Virus record (IMG/VR): IMGVR_UViG_3300043447_000415
Span: 1-64,000 of that record
Length of the DNA: 64,000 nt
Reading direction: 5' to 3' (one strand)
DNA from: a virus
Lineage: Duplodnaviria; Caudoviricetes
Under the pieces are notes generated by a model. That model did no database searches, was not told the DNA's origin, and saw only the letters and a program-made list of their open reading frames with translations. Below, piece after piece: positions 54,548-63,281 of the stretch; within the stretch, counting starts at the first letter, position 1, and every line of letters starts with the position of its first letter. A program made the translations under genes and the position numbers.

Positions 54548-55459
54548 TTAGATGTTGGTCACACCCTTGAGGCGACCGATGGAGCGGGTGCTCTTCAGTG
54601 CCAAGCCGGTGTACCACTTCAGACGGATGCGGGTGGCGTCCTTGTTCTGAACGGTGCCGATGTTCTCGACCACGATACCGGCGTTGTCGCCGCCGTACAG
54701 ACCGTGCAGGCCGTCCAGCTCGTTCAAGCGCAGGGCGTAGACCGAGGCAGTCGCGTTGGCGGAGCCTTGAGCTTCGTCGGCGGCCAGGAACTCGTTCATG
54801 ATGATCGGGATGCCGTTGTGAGTCAGCATGGGACGACCAAAGTTCTCGAGCTGCTGCATCACGGCGTCAGTGCCGTAAGTGGCGCGCAACAGAGCACGGA
54901 AGGCGCGGATTGTGCCGCGACGCATCACGATCACGTCAGGACCGTTGGGCACGGAGTCAACCAGCTCGTCGAGCATGGTCAGAGTCAGTGCGTTGCCGTT
55001 GGCACCAGCAGTCACGGTCTGAGTGCCGCCAGCGGCAGCAGCCAGGACGGGCAGGCCGTCGAACTCTTTGGTGTTGGCAGTGGCGTCGCCCTTGGCCAGT
55101 GTGCGGTGGAATTCGCGAGACACGGCCTTGGCCTTCTTCGCGATCTGCACAGCCATCTGGTCGTTGGTGTCGCCCATTGTGGATTGCAAGAACTTGTCCA
55201 CGTCCACGTCGCCAGCCAGGATACGCAGCTTGGCCACGACTTCAGTGAAGGTTGCAGCGGATTCGCTGATCGCTTCATTGGGGTCAAGCCATGCAGCACC
55301 ACCCAGGGTGTTTTCACGGTTGTAAACGTATGCCTTGCCATTCACGCCGATGAACGGCAGAACAGCCATCAGGTCATCACGTTCGATGATCTGGTCAATA
55401 ACGCCAGCGATGAGCTGGTTGTTACTCAGTTTCTCAGCTTCTGCGCGGAGGAGAGCCAT
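54548..55459 (-). CDS. Major capsid protein (HK97 fold)
   Basis: 303 aa between scaffold and terminator; strong AAGGA RBS; RIRLKWYTGLAL. Confidence 0.9.
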   Translation of the reverse strand: MALLRAEAEKLSNNQLIAGVIDQIIERDDLMAVLPFIGVNGKAYVYNRENTLGGAAWLDPNEAISESAATFTEVVAKLRILAGDVDVDKFLQSTMGDTNDQMAVQIAKKAKAVSREFHRTLAKGDATANTKEFDGLPVLAAAAGGTQTVTAGANGNALTLTMLDELVDSVPNGPDVIVMRRGTIRAFRALLRATYGTDAVMQQLENFGRPMLTHNGIPIIMNEFLAADEAQGSANATASVYALRLNELDGLHGLYGGDNAGIVVENIGTVQNKDATRIRLKWYTGLALKSTRSIGRLKGVTNI

Positions 55460-55513
55460 TTGATTTCCTTTCGAGGAGGGGTTTATTCAATGCCTCGGTC
55501 CTTACGTCGCTCT

Positions 55514-55575
55514 AAGTCACCGATGAGGCAGGACTATACCACACTTTGTGGCAAATTGCAAGTCATCGGTGACTT
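55514..55575 (-). promoter_or_regulatory. Capsid promoter TTGCAA-N17-TATAGT bracketed by two operators
   Basis: -35 at 55556-55561, -10 at 55533-55538; operators at 55560-55575 and 55514-55529. Confidence 0.75.
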
Positions 55576-55580
55576 AGTAC

Positions 55581-56474
55581 TTAAATGACCTTGAGACCTT
55601 TCAATCCGGACGCAATCTTGGAAATGCCATCAGTGGGCACATCCTGTTTTGTCTGGCCGGAGGGCTTGCGAGAATCAGAGCCTGCGCCAGGTTTCATCTT
55701 GCTCTTCAGGAGGTGATCTTTCTCAGGATCAGCCTCGATGATCTTGCGCAGTGCGCTCTCGAAGTCCACGGTGTTGCCGTACTGATCGACGATCGCGGTG
55801 CGGTTGGCGGCGCCACGAGGCTTGTCATAGCCCACAACCTTGCCCTCTTCCACGTCGAAGTAGTCGCCGTAGATCACGCGGGTCTTGGCGGGCGTGAGCG
55901 TCAGCTCTTCCGAGATGAACTTGCTCTGGCTGAACTGCGTGCCGATCGACAGGTCTTTGATCGTGCCTTCGGTGTTGTTCAGCTTGGCGGTCAGGGCTGC
56001 GATCTGCTCTTGCAGCGTCTTGACTTCCTTGCCGTGCTCTTCGGCCATGCGGCCCTTCAGACGGTCCCAGTCACCCTTGGCTTCCAGAGCTTTTTCCTCG
56101 GCGGACTTCTGGTCGGCCAGCAGCTTGCGCACGGCTTCAGGGTCGATGCCCTCGAATGCCTTCAGGGCATCTTGGGTCTTCTTGAGTTCGGCGTTGGCTT
56201 TGTCCAGCGCTTCCTTCTTCTTCATGTTCTCTTTGAGCAGACGGGCTTCCTCGTCGCTCGGCTTCTTGCTGCCACCGGCAGCTTCTTCAGCGGCCTTCTT
56301 TGCAGCTTCGTCAGCGGCAGCTTTTGCAGCGGCCTCTTCAGCGGCTTTTGCAGCAGCAGCTTCTGCGGCAGCTTTTGCAGCAGCGTCGTCGCCACCAGAA
56401 CCACCACCACCTTCACCACCCTCTCCGTTCATGGGTGCCAGGTATTTTCGTGCAACATTGCGTGTAACAAACAT
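55581..56474 (-). CDS. Capsid scaffolding protein
   Basis: GEGGEGGGG, AAAKAAAEE coiled coil, position between portal and capsid genes. Confidence 0.85.
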   Translation of the reverse strand: MFVTRNVARKYLAPMNGEGGEGGGGSGGDDAAAKAAAEAAAAKAAEEAAAKAAADEAAKKAAEEAAGGSKKPSDEEARLLKENMKKKEALDKANAELKKTQDALKAFEGIDPEAVRKLLADQKSAEEKALEAKGDWDRLKGRMAEEHGKEVKTLQEQIAALTAKLNNTEGTIKDLSIGTQFSQSKFISEELTLTPAKTRVIYGDYFDVEEGKVVGYDKPRGAANRTAIVDQYGNTVDFESALRKIIEADPEKDHLLKSKMKPGAGSDSRKPSGQTKQDVPTDGISKIASGLKGLKVI

Positions 56475-56550
56475 TTTTCGCCTTCCAGACCGTTCGCTTG
56501 GTCATTGAGTTGTGGTTGCGCCAGCAGTCTCTTGCTGACGTTGCGGGGGC

Positions 56551-58173
56551 TTATTCCCCCTTCGAGGAGCCAACGGCCCCTTGATTCGATTCGGGCTTGG
56601 TCGCCTCCTTCACGTCGGCCGCAGGCTTGTTGGGGTCTGCGGTCAATGCGGCGGGATCGGCGGGCCAGCCCTTGAGCTCCTTCTCCATCTTGGCGCGAAG
56701 CTCTTTGGCCAACTGAGGAAAGAGTTTGTCCAGCACCGACTTCATCTGCTCTTGGCGAACCGCGTCCGGAGCGCTGATGAGCATGAGTCGTGCGGCGATG
56801 TCGAACTCGTCGTAGAGACCGCGTGTGTCGAAATCATCAGGGTAGGAGACGAGCTCCGGTCCGTCGATTTCTTCACCGCTCCACTTGGCGACGATTGCCG
56901 CGATCCTGTTCTCGATCACTTCCAGGCTGTCTGCTTTGGCCGCCAACAGAGCATTCACTCGCTCGAAGTCGTAAGCCTTGGCGACACCGCTGGAGTTGTC
57001 GATACCGACCGCGTTGTCCTGCTTGGTGCGCTCACCGGCGAGACCGACCGTGTGGTAAATCTCGTTGATGATCTTGTTGATGACCCCCAGGATCATCTGT
57101 GCCTGCTTGGGGTCAGGCGACAGGTAGTGCGGTGCAGCGCCGCCCTCCCCGTCATAGAGGAAGATGCGCTTGGTGCCCATCTCCGTCAGCTTGGTGTAGT
57201 TGTCCTCGCCAGGCATCACGTTCTGCGCCGGCATGGCCAACTGCGAGAAGGTCTGGTCCTGGATGATGGCGTCCAGGTTGGAGAGGTAGTTCGCGACCGC
57301 CCGATCCAGGTACGCAATCTCGTCGATCAGCGCCTGAGCGCAGTATTCCTCGTCCGAGATGATGTTGTCGGCGATCACCACCGGAACGATGCCCAGGTTG
57401 TGGTCGCCGGAGTCCACGAGCTTGACCACCTTGCGGCGGCCTTCCTTGAACTCCTGGTAGAGCTGCCAGTTGGTCTTGGTCCACAGGCGGTAGCGCTCGA
57501 CCTCGTCACCGGACGAGTTCATCGGGTCGGCAGCCTCGCGCACGCACTCCTCGATCAGCACCCATTCCAGAGCTCCGTCATCATCGAAAGCGTAGTCCAG
57601 GAGCTGCTCGGGCCCGACGGTGTAGGCGTAGGTGCGAACACCGGAGCTCTTCTCGTCAGCCTTGGAAAGGACGGGTGCCGCGTTGGCGCCGTTGGTGGTG
57701 TCGATCACGATGCCGATACGCCCGTAGATCGAGGTCTTCTTGGAAATCTGACGGCTGAGCTCCTTGATGCTCAGTCCGTTGCGGGTTGCCTTCTTCCAGA
57801 AGCGCTTGATGGACTCGGGTGCGTCGGCTTCGTTGCGCTGGATGTTCTGCTTGAACAGGTACTTGTTCAGCAAGTCCACGACTTCACGGGAGTGGTTGAA
57901 GCGGTACGCACGGCTCAGGCGGTCGGCGAACTCGGTGTCGCCCTCCTTGATGTAGCGAAAGACGTTGTCCTTGAACCACTCGCGACCGCCCTCGTAGGTG
58001 TCCTCGAGGAAGTCCCAGTGAGCCTTGTTGTCTTTGTATTCGGGGTGGCGCCGCTCGATGAGGGCCCGCAGCTTCTTTTGATCGTCAGTGACGGGCGCGA
58101 CAGTGCCGCCGGCCAGGTCCGACTTGGGATCGACGGCGAAGCTCTCGCCAGGTTTCATCGTAAGTTTTGCCAT
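56551..58173 (-). CDS. Portal protein
   Basis: HPEY...W..LEDTYEGG, RL.RA..FN; start at MAKLTM. Confidence 0.9.
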   Translation of the reverse strand: MAKLTMKPGESFAVDPKSDLAGGTVAPVTDDQKKLRALIERRHPEYKDNKAHWDFLEDTYEGGREWFKDNVFRYIKEGDTEFADRLSRAYRFNHSREVVDLLNKYLFKQNIQRNEADAPESIKRFWKKATRNGLSIKELSRQISKKTSIYGRIGIVIDTTNGANAAPVLSKADEKSSGVRTYAYTVGPEQLLDYAFDDDGALEWVLIEECVREAADPMNSSGDEVERYRLWTKTNWQLYQEFKEGRRKVVKLVDSGDHNLGIVPVVIADNIISDEEYCAQALIDEIAYLDRAVANYLSNLDAIIQDQTFSQLAMPAQNVMPGEDNYTKLTEMGTKRIFLYDGEGGAAPHYLSPDPKQAQMILGVINKIINEIYHTVGLAGERTKQDNAVGIDNSSGVAKAYDFERVNALLAAKADSLEVIENRIAAIVAKWSGEEIDGPELVSYPDDFDTRGLYDEFDIAARLMLISAPDAVRQEQMKSVLDKLFPQLAKELRAKMEKELKGWPADPAALTADPNKPAADVKEATKPESNQGAVGSSKGE

Positions 58174-58183
58174 GATTCTTCCT

Positions 58184-58212
58184 ATCTTATACGTCACGAA
58201 TGACTTAGTCAA
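58184..58212 (-). promoter_or_regulatory. Portal promoter TTGACT-N17-TAAGAT with operator filling the spacer
   Basis: -35 at 58207-58212, operator 58191-58206, -10 at 58184-58189. Confidence 0.75.
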
Positions 58213-58215
58213 TCC

Positions 58216-59460
58216 TTAGATTGACAAGCCACCAATTTCTACTTTGCGAACTGGGTATTCCAACTCGATGCAGTAGCCACCGGCGTCAGCCGAGTGTTCG
58301 GTGCCGGCCGACTTGTCCACCTCACGGGTGCCCTTCTTGTAGATCGTCTGCTCGAGTGCCGAGATGAAGTGCTTGCAGCGAGGGTTCACCTTCAGCCGCA
58401 CGGCTCCATTGGCGTCCTTCAGCATCCGGTTCACTGCGTTGACCCTGTCGGCCACCATCGGGTGCTTCTTGCGGTACTTGATCCGCTTGAAGCCCTTTTC
58501 GCGCAAGATGTCCATGTCGGTCTCGCCACGAGCATGCTGGCGCTGGCCACCCGCCGGGTCGGGGTACATGACGATCTGGCTCTGGTGGCGCCAGAAGCGC
58601 TTCTCGAGCTCCTCGCACACCTCTTCGGTGTTGGAGCCGAACAGCACGATCTCGTCCACTGCCCAGAGCTCGCCATTCAACTGCGGCTGATAGATCACCG
58701 TGGACATCGGGTCGATGTTGAAGTCCATACCCACCCAGATGGGCAGCTTCGGGTTGAACTCCACTGGCTGGATGTGAACGCTGCGATCGAAGGGGTAGTA
58801 GACCCGGCCCGACATCGTCTCGAAGCTCGCCTCGAACTCCTGGCGAAACGACTTCTCGTCCATGTCTTTCTTGGCCGCCTCGATTTCCGAGACGGGGATG
58901 AAGGGCGAGGTGATGGTGGGGAACTGCCAGCTCTCCCACTCCCCGGCCGCCTTCAGCATCGGGTTCTGGCCCTTCTTGTAAAGCTCGTAGAGGTAGTTGT
59001 ACGCCTTGGGCGTGCCGATGAAGATGGCGTGGCCACCCGTGTCGGCGAGCGTTGGGCGCAGCACCAGCGTCCAGACCTCCTCGGCCATGTCCTGGAACTC
59101 GTCCAGAACGAGAAAGTGGATACCCACGCCTCGCAGCGAGTCAGGCTTGTCGGCGCCTTTGAGCTCGATCCGAGTGCCGTTGATGAGAGTGACGGTGAGG
59201 CTGGTCTCGTTGACCTTGCGAATCCACTTGCGCGGAATCGCATCCATCAGATCGACCCACATGATCTGCTTGGCCATCTTGTAGGTCGGCGCCACGTACC
59301 AGATTTTCTGCTTCTTCTTCTGAGCCTTCTTGATGATGAGGACTCGAGACAGCGCGGTCTTTCCCCAGCGACGGCCAGCCACGACAACCCGATACCGGCT
59401 CTGCGAGCGGTAGACCTCCATCTGCTTGGTGTGAAGGGAGAGGTTGACCTTGCCCGCCAT
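58216..59460 (-). CDS. terL: Terminase large subunit
   Basis: AGRRWGKT Walker A, LRGVGIHFLVLDE Walker B, IGTPK, GMDFN, YPDPAG, HSADA. Confidence 0.95.
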   Translation of the reverse strand: MAGKVNLSLHTKQMEVYRSQSRYRVVVAGRRWGKTALSRVLIIKKAQKKKQKIWYVAPTYKMAKQIMWVDLMDAIPRKWIRKVNETSLTVTLINGTRIELKGADKPDSLRGVGIHFLVLDEFQDMAEEVWTLVLRPTLADTGGHAIFIGTPKAYNYLYELYKKGQNPMLKAAGEWESWQFPTITSPFIPVSEIEAAKKDMDEKSFRQEFEASFETMSGRVYYPFDRSVHIQPVEFNPKLPIWVGMDFNIDPMSTVIYQPQLNGELWAVDEIVLFGSNTEEVCEELEKRFWRHQSQIVMYPDPAGGQRQHARGETDMDILREKGFKRIKYRKKHPMVADRVNAVNRMLKDANGAVRLKVNPRCKHFISALEQTIYKKGTREVDKSAGTEHSADAGGYCIELEYPVRKVEIGGLSI

Positions 59461-60113
59461 CAGGTCTCCTCGACAACACCGTTGTCGGCAGCATCGTCAT
59501 CTTCGAGGTCGCCGACGGAAACGGCTTCCAGCTCGTTGAGTTCGCGGAAGCTACGGGCCCGAAGCGCCTCGATCTGGTCGGCGGTCAGCTCCGAGATCAC
59601 CAGTTCAGGCACATCGTTCTCGTCGATGGCGTCCGGACGATCCAGACCCAGCACGGCGTAGCGCTCTTCACGGGCTTTCTTGAGCACGTTCATGGCGCTT
59701 TCCAGCGCCTTCAGGTTGTTGATGGCTGTGCCGACGGGTACACCGTCTTGCTTGGCCTTGAGAATCTCGCCCCAGGTGAGCTTGGCCAGACCGCTGGCCA
59801 TCTTGTAGTGCTCTTCCTTGGTTTCCTTGATTCGGGCCGCGATGATTGCCGCGTCGTTGACGAGTTGCTTCTCGACGACGCTCTCGACCTTCGCCATCGT
59901 TTTGGCACGCGCAGAGCCCTTTTTGATTCCCCTGCGACGGAAGTACTGCACGAACGACTGCTCGTGCCGATCGAATTTCTCGGCCAGTTGACCGTAGGTG
60001 ACGGCGCCCTGCTCCCAGAGCGCGGTTGCTTCGGCCCACTCCCGCTCGGAGAGCTTGCCTTTGCGCTTGGGTTTCTCGGGCTTCTCTGCGCCCTTGGATG
60101 TCTCTTCAGTCAC
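59460..60113 (-). CDS. Terminase small subunit
   Basis: N-terminal HTH (TYGQLAEKFD), coiled coil, abuts terL. Confidence 0.75.
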   Translation of the reverse strand: MTEETSKGAEKPEKPKRKGKLSEREWAEATALWEQGAVTYGQLAEKFDRHEQSFVQYFRRRGIKKGSARAKTMAKVESVVEKQLVNDAAIIAARIKETKEEHYKMASGLAKLTWGEILKAKQDGVPVGTAINNLKALESAMNVLKKAREERYAVLGLDRPDAIDENDVPELVISELTADQIEALRARSFRELNELEAVSVGDLEDDDAADNGVVEET

Positions 60114-60130
60114 TGCGGATTCTTTCGTTC

Positions 60131-60158
60131 AAAAAAAAAGGGCGTGGAGAAGACGCCC
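60131..60158 (-). terminator. Leader terminator between terminase promoter and terminase small subunit
   Basis: GGGCGT-N7-ACGCCC then T9. Confidence 0.75.
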
Positions 60159-60184
60159 AGAGGAGATAACTGAAATCCTGGGCC

Positions 60185-60227
60185 AATGTAGCGCGAAAGC
60201 AACAATTTGTCAAGTCATTCATGACTT
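60185..60227 (-). promoter_or_regulatory. Terminase promoter TTGACA-N17-TACATT with perfect operator 60212-60227
   Basis: -10 at 60185-60190, -35 at 60208-60213, AAGTCA TTCA TGACTT. Confidence 0.8.
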
Positions 60228-60611
60228 AGTACCTTGGCGCCCGTAGAGTGCTGCACAGGCGGCGAATGCCGCAGCCATCTCTTTGCTCGTTGTCTCCTGG
60301 GTCTCGAGCTCGCCTTCGTCGCCGAAGATGACCACGGCCCAGTGGTATCCGTCTTCCTCGCCGAACTCGACTTCGACCTTCAGGCCCGCAAGCACGTTCA
60401 GCGATTCGTCCAGGTTGCGGGAGAACCGCTCACCCACGAGCCAGTTGGTCTCATCCGGAACCACGTCGTTGGGCCAGACCTTGATGATGTCGTCCACGAC
60501 CTCGAACCGAAGACCCAGCAGCCGCATGATCTGCGTGTCCACCAGAAGCGCCAGGTCCGGGGTTTCCCCGCCGGGGTTTTCCTGCTCCGCGACAATTTCA
60601 GATTGATTCAT
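60219..60611 (-). CDS. Hypothetical protein
   Basis: Acidic ORF, FSRNLDES...AFAACAAL. Confidence 0.65.
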   Translation of the reverse strand: MNQSEIVAEQENPGGETPDLALLVDTQIMRLLGLRFEVVDDIIKVWPNDVVPDETNWLVGERFSRNLDESLNVLAGLKVEVEFGEEDGYHWAVVIFGDEGELETQETTSKEMAAAFAACAALYGRQGTKS

Positions 60612-60680
60612 TCAGTCACTCTTTACTTATATTTAATATACGGTAGAGAGAATTTCCCCGATTCGGGGAATTTCCTCGAC

Positions 60681-61001
60681 TCAGTTCTCGAACACCTCGG
60701 AAAGTTCATCCAAGAGGTCGTCCGGAATGGTCTCGACCAGTGACAGCTTCGGCTTTCCGACCATGATCTCGCCCTGGGTGGTCAGGCTGATGAGCGTGCG
60801 GGTGCGGCCCCGGCGCTTTTCTGGCGCGTCCTTTTGGATCAGACCATGTGCGATGAGTGCTCGGATCGAAAACTGGATGGATTGCTTGCTTGGCTTGTAC
60901 GACAGCCGCTCGATGAGCTGGTCCAGGTCAATGGCGCCACCATCGGGGTTTCGTCGCCCGATGGTGTTCAGCAGTTCGATTTGTTTGAGGGTCAGGTGCA
61001 T
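60681..61001 (-). CDS. Winged-helix (MarR-like) DNA-binding protein
   Basis: LTLKQIELL...IDLDQL...SIQFSIRALIAHGLIQK...RRGRTRTLISLT..G. Confidence 0.8.
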   Translation of the reverse strand: MHLTLKQIELLNTIGRRNPDGGAIDLDQLIERLSYKPSKQSIQFSIRALIAHGLIQKDAPEKRRGRTRTLISLTTQGEIMVGKPKLSLVETIPDDLLDELSEVFEN

Positions 61002-61003
61002 GG

Positions 61004-61924
61004 TCAGCGGTACTTTTCAGGCAGTTTCGATACGTCCAGCGGCTCGGTGGTGGGTTGGTTGTCGAAAGCGATCACGGGCACGCGAGCCGGCAACTTCGAG
61101 ACGTTCTTCTCGGGACTCGCGTCCGGATTGAGGTAGACCCCGTAGAGCGGGCTGGCCAGGACGAGCTGTTGGAGCGACTTCACGAGGTAGCCGATCTCCA
61201 TGTTGTCCCGACGGTCCTCGCCCCGGAAGCGGGCATTTCCCGTCTTCTCGAGCGCCGAGCAGGCGTAGTAGAACTTGCGCATCTCGGCTTCGCACTTGGC
61301 GCGGGCAGCCGGCGGCATCGCCTTGATTTCTTCCATCACGCCCATGAAGTCCGACGGGTTGGCGTCGAACCAGCGGCGAAAGAAGACGAGGCCCTTGTCG
61401 TAGTTGGCGCTGCGCTTGGGCTTGGTGAACCGGATGCCGGCTTTGGCCGCGAACGGGTTGAACTTGCTCATGGACGACTGGAACTCGATCACGTCGCAGC
61501 CGGTCATGCGCATCATGAGGTTCTGCATCCGGTAGGCGATGCCGGCGCCCCGGTACATCGTGTCCAGCACGAGCCGGCTGTTGGTGCAGGCGTGGTCGTT
61601 GATCCAGTAGGCGCGAGTGCGGTTGATGAGTCGGCTGTCCATGCCGCCGGTGTTGGGCTTCAGGTGCTTGAAGACCTCGTTGCGGCCGCTCAGCAGCATC
61701 TTGGGCACCGTCATGACGCCCACCCCGATCACCTGGCCATTGAGCACGCAGCGGTAAATCTTCGGGCCGATGCCCAGCGATTCCGCCTTGTAGTGGAGCT
61801 CGTGGAGCAGGTTCCAGTCATCGATGTCGCCGCGCTCGACGTAGATGTCCTCGAGCAGCGACAGCTTGTGATCCACCGGCGTGGGGCGGCGTTCGATCCG
61901 GATGTCGGCGTTGTCAACGATCAT
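61004..61924 (-). CDS. GNAT-fold acetyltransferase (Mom-like / ABC-ATPase-associated)
   Basis: LHY..., SRLVLDTMYRGAGIA acetyl-CoA motif A, SSMSKFNPF..KAG. Confidence 0.75.
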   Translation of the reverse strand: MIVDNADIRIERRPTPVDHKLSLLEDIYVERGDIDDWNLLHELHYKAESLGIGPKIYRCVLNGQVIGVGVMTVPKMLLSGRNEVFKHLKPNTGGMDSRLINRTRAYWINDHACTNSRLVLDTMYRGAGIAYRMQNLMMRMTGCDVIEFQSSMSKFNPFAAKAGIRFTKPKRSANYDKGLVFFRRWFDANPSDFMGVMEEIKAMPPAARAKCEAEMRKFYYACSALEKTGNARFRGEDRRDNMEIGYLVKSLQQLVLASPLYGVYLNPDASPEKNVSKLPARVPVIAFDNQPTTEPLDVSKLPEKYR

Positions 61925-62193
61925 TTGCGCCGCTCCATCACGTTGCCGTAGAACCAGATGGCGCTGGCGATGCCCAGGCAGCCGCCCAGGGTCGAGATGC
62001 CCAACACCGCGAGCGAGCCGCTGGCGGCGTACTTCACGAAGATGAACTGAGACAGGCTGATGCCGGCCGAGGTCATCACGGCCGCCAGGTAGCGGCCGGC
62101 AACGACGTTGCGCGACTGCAAGCCCAGCAGAAAGACGACCGTGAAGGCGCCGGCGAAGATGATGGCGGCGTCAGCCAGGCTCAGCTCAGGCAT
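61921..62193 (-). CDS. Small membrane protein (about 3 TM helices)
   Basis: Hydrophobic segments; start at MPELS. Confidence 0.65.
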   Translation of the reverse strand: MPELSLADAAIIFAGAFTVVFLLGLQSRNVVAGRYLAAVMTSAGISLSQFIFVKYAASGSLAVLGISTLGGCLGIASAIWFYGNVMERRK

Positions 62194-62497
62194 CGACGAA
62201 CCCCAGAATCTTGGCGTCGGTCTGTTCGCCAACCAGGCGGGCGACCTCGCGGCCGTGGCTGAACTTGACCAGCGTGGGCACCGACCGGATGTTGGTCTTC
62301 ATAGCGGCTGCGGCAGCGTGGTAGACGTTCACGTAGCCGACATTCATCACGGCCGCACCTTCCAGACGCTCGATTGCGGCTTTGACGCGACCGCACGGGG
62401 CGCAGTTGGGCGACGAGAAGAGCACGAACGACTTGGCGCCCTCTTCTTCGTTCCAGGAGCGCAGGATGGCTTCTTCAAAGGTTTCTTGGTCTGTCAT
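62186..62497 (-). CDS. Thioredoxin
   Basis: CAPC active site, NIRSVPTL cis-Pro, G.EVARLVG. Confidence 0.9.
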   Translation of the reverse strand: MTDQETFEEAILRSWNEEEGAKSFVLFSSPNCAPCGRVKAAIERLEGAAVMNVGYVNVYHAAAAAMKTNIRSVPTLVKFSHGREVARLVGEQTDAKILGFVDA

Positions 62498-63156
62498 GTG
62501 TTCTCCTTGAACTCGGCCGGCGTGCGGACGATCTCGATCTTTTCCCGATAGCGTTTTTCGATGTAGAGGTTCGGCGCCAGGTCGGCGACCATGTCGGTGT
62601 GGGTGGTGGCCACCATCAGCGTGGCGCCCATTTTTCGGGCGACCTTCTGGAGGTTGAAGGCGATGACCTTGGCGGTCGTGCGATCCAGCACGGCCAGGAA
62701 CTCGTCTGCGATCCAGACTTTGGCGCCCGATTCGATCAGCTTGGCGAGCTTAAAGCGGTAGCGCTGGCCGTCGGAGAGCTCCTGGGGCTTGCGCACGAAG
62801 AGATAGGCGTCGTTCAGCCCCGCGATGGACAACAGGTTGAGCGCCGAACTCGTGTCGCGGCCGATCTGGTCGATCAGCGGCTTGGTGGCGTCGAGCGGCA
62901 CCTCGTCGATGTCGGAGACGTGCAGACCTTCGGTGGCCATCTGCACCTTCAGCTCGCGCAGCGCCAGGGACTTGCCCGAGCCGGACTGGCCCGTGATGTA
63001 GACCACGTCGCCCTGCTCGATCTCGATGGGCTGGTTCTCGAAGATCACGAACTCCTTGTCGTCCAGGCCCAGCCCGAACGCTTCGGCGATCTCCAGCACC
63101 CGGTCGGTGCGGTCCACATGGGACTTGAATCGTCGGTCGAGGTGATACGTGCTCAT
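62494..63156 (-). CDS. Soluble ABC-family ATPase
   Basis: GQSGSGKS, LSDGQ signature, IADEF, ATTH; no permease nearby. Confidence 0.9.
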   Translation of the reverse strand: MSTYHLDRRFKSHVDRTDRVLEIAEAFGLGLDDKEFVIFENQPIEIEQGDVVYITGQSGSGKSLALRELKVQMATEGLHVSDIDEVPLDATKPLIDQIGRDTSSALNLLSIAGLNDAYLFVRKPQELSDGQRYRFKLAKLIESGAKVWIADEFLAVLDRTTAKVIAFNLQKVARKMGATLMVATTHTDMVADLAPNLYIEKRYREKIEIVRTPAEFKENT

Positions 63157-63281
63157 CGTTTGCCCAACCAGTAGATGCGGACCCATTCGACGAGGAACCA
63201 CGCGGCAAAGCTGCCCAGAAACACGCCAGGGATGGCTGCGATGAGCACAAGCCAGAAAAGGAAGGAGTTGATGCAGGTCAT
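63153..63281 (-). CDS. Small single-TM protein (42 aa)
   Basis: MTCINSFLFWLVLIAA...; overlaps both neighbours. Confidence 0.5.
   Translation of the reverse strand: MTCINSFLFWLVLIAAIPGVFLGSFAAWFLVEWVRIYWLGKR

Noticed and set aside
62494-63156. Membrane ABC transporter
   Set aside because: No permease of adequate size or solute-binding protein; context fits a soluble ATPase partnered with the GNAT
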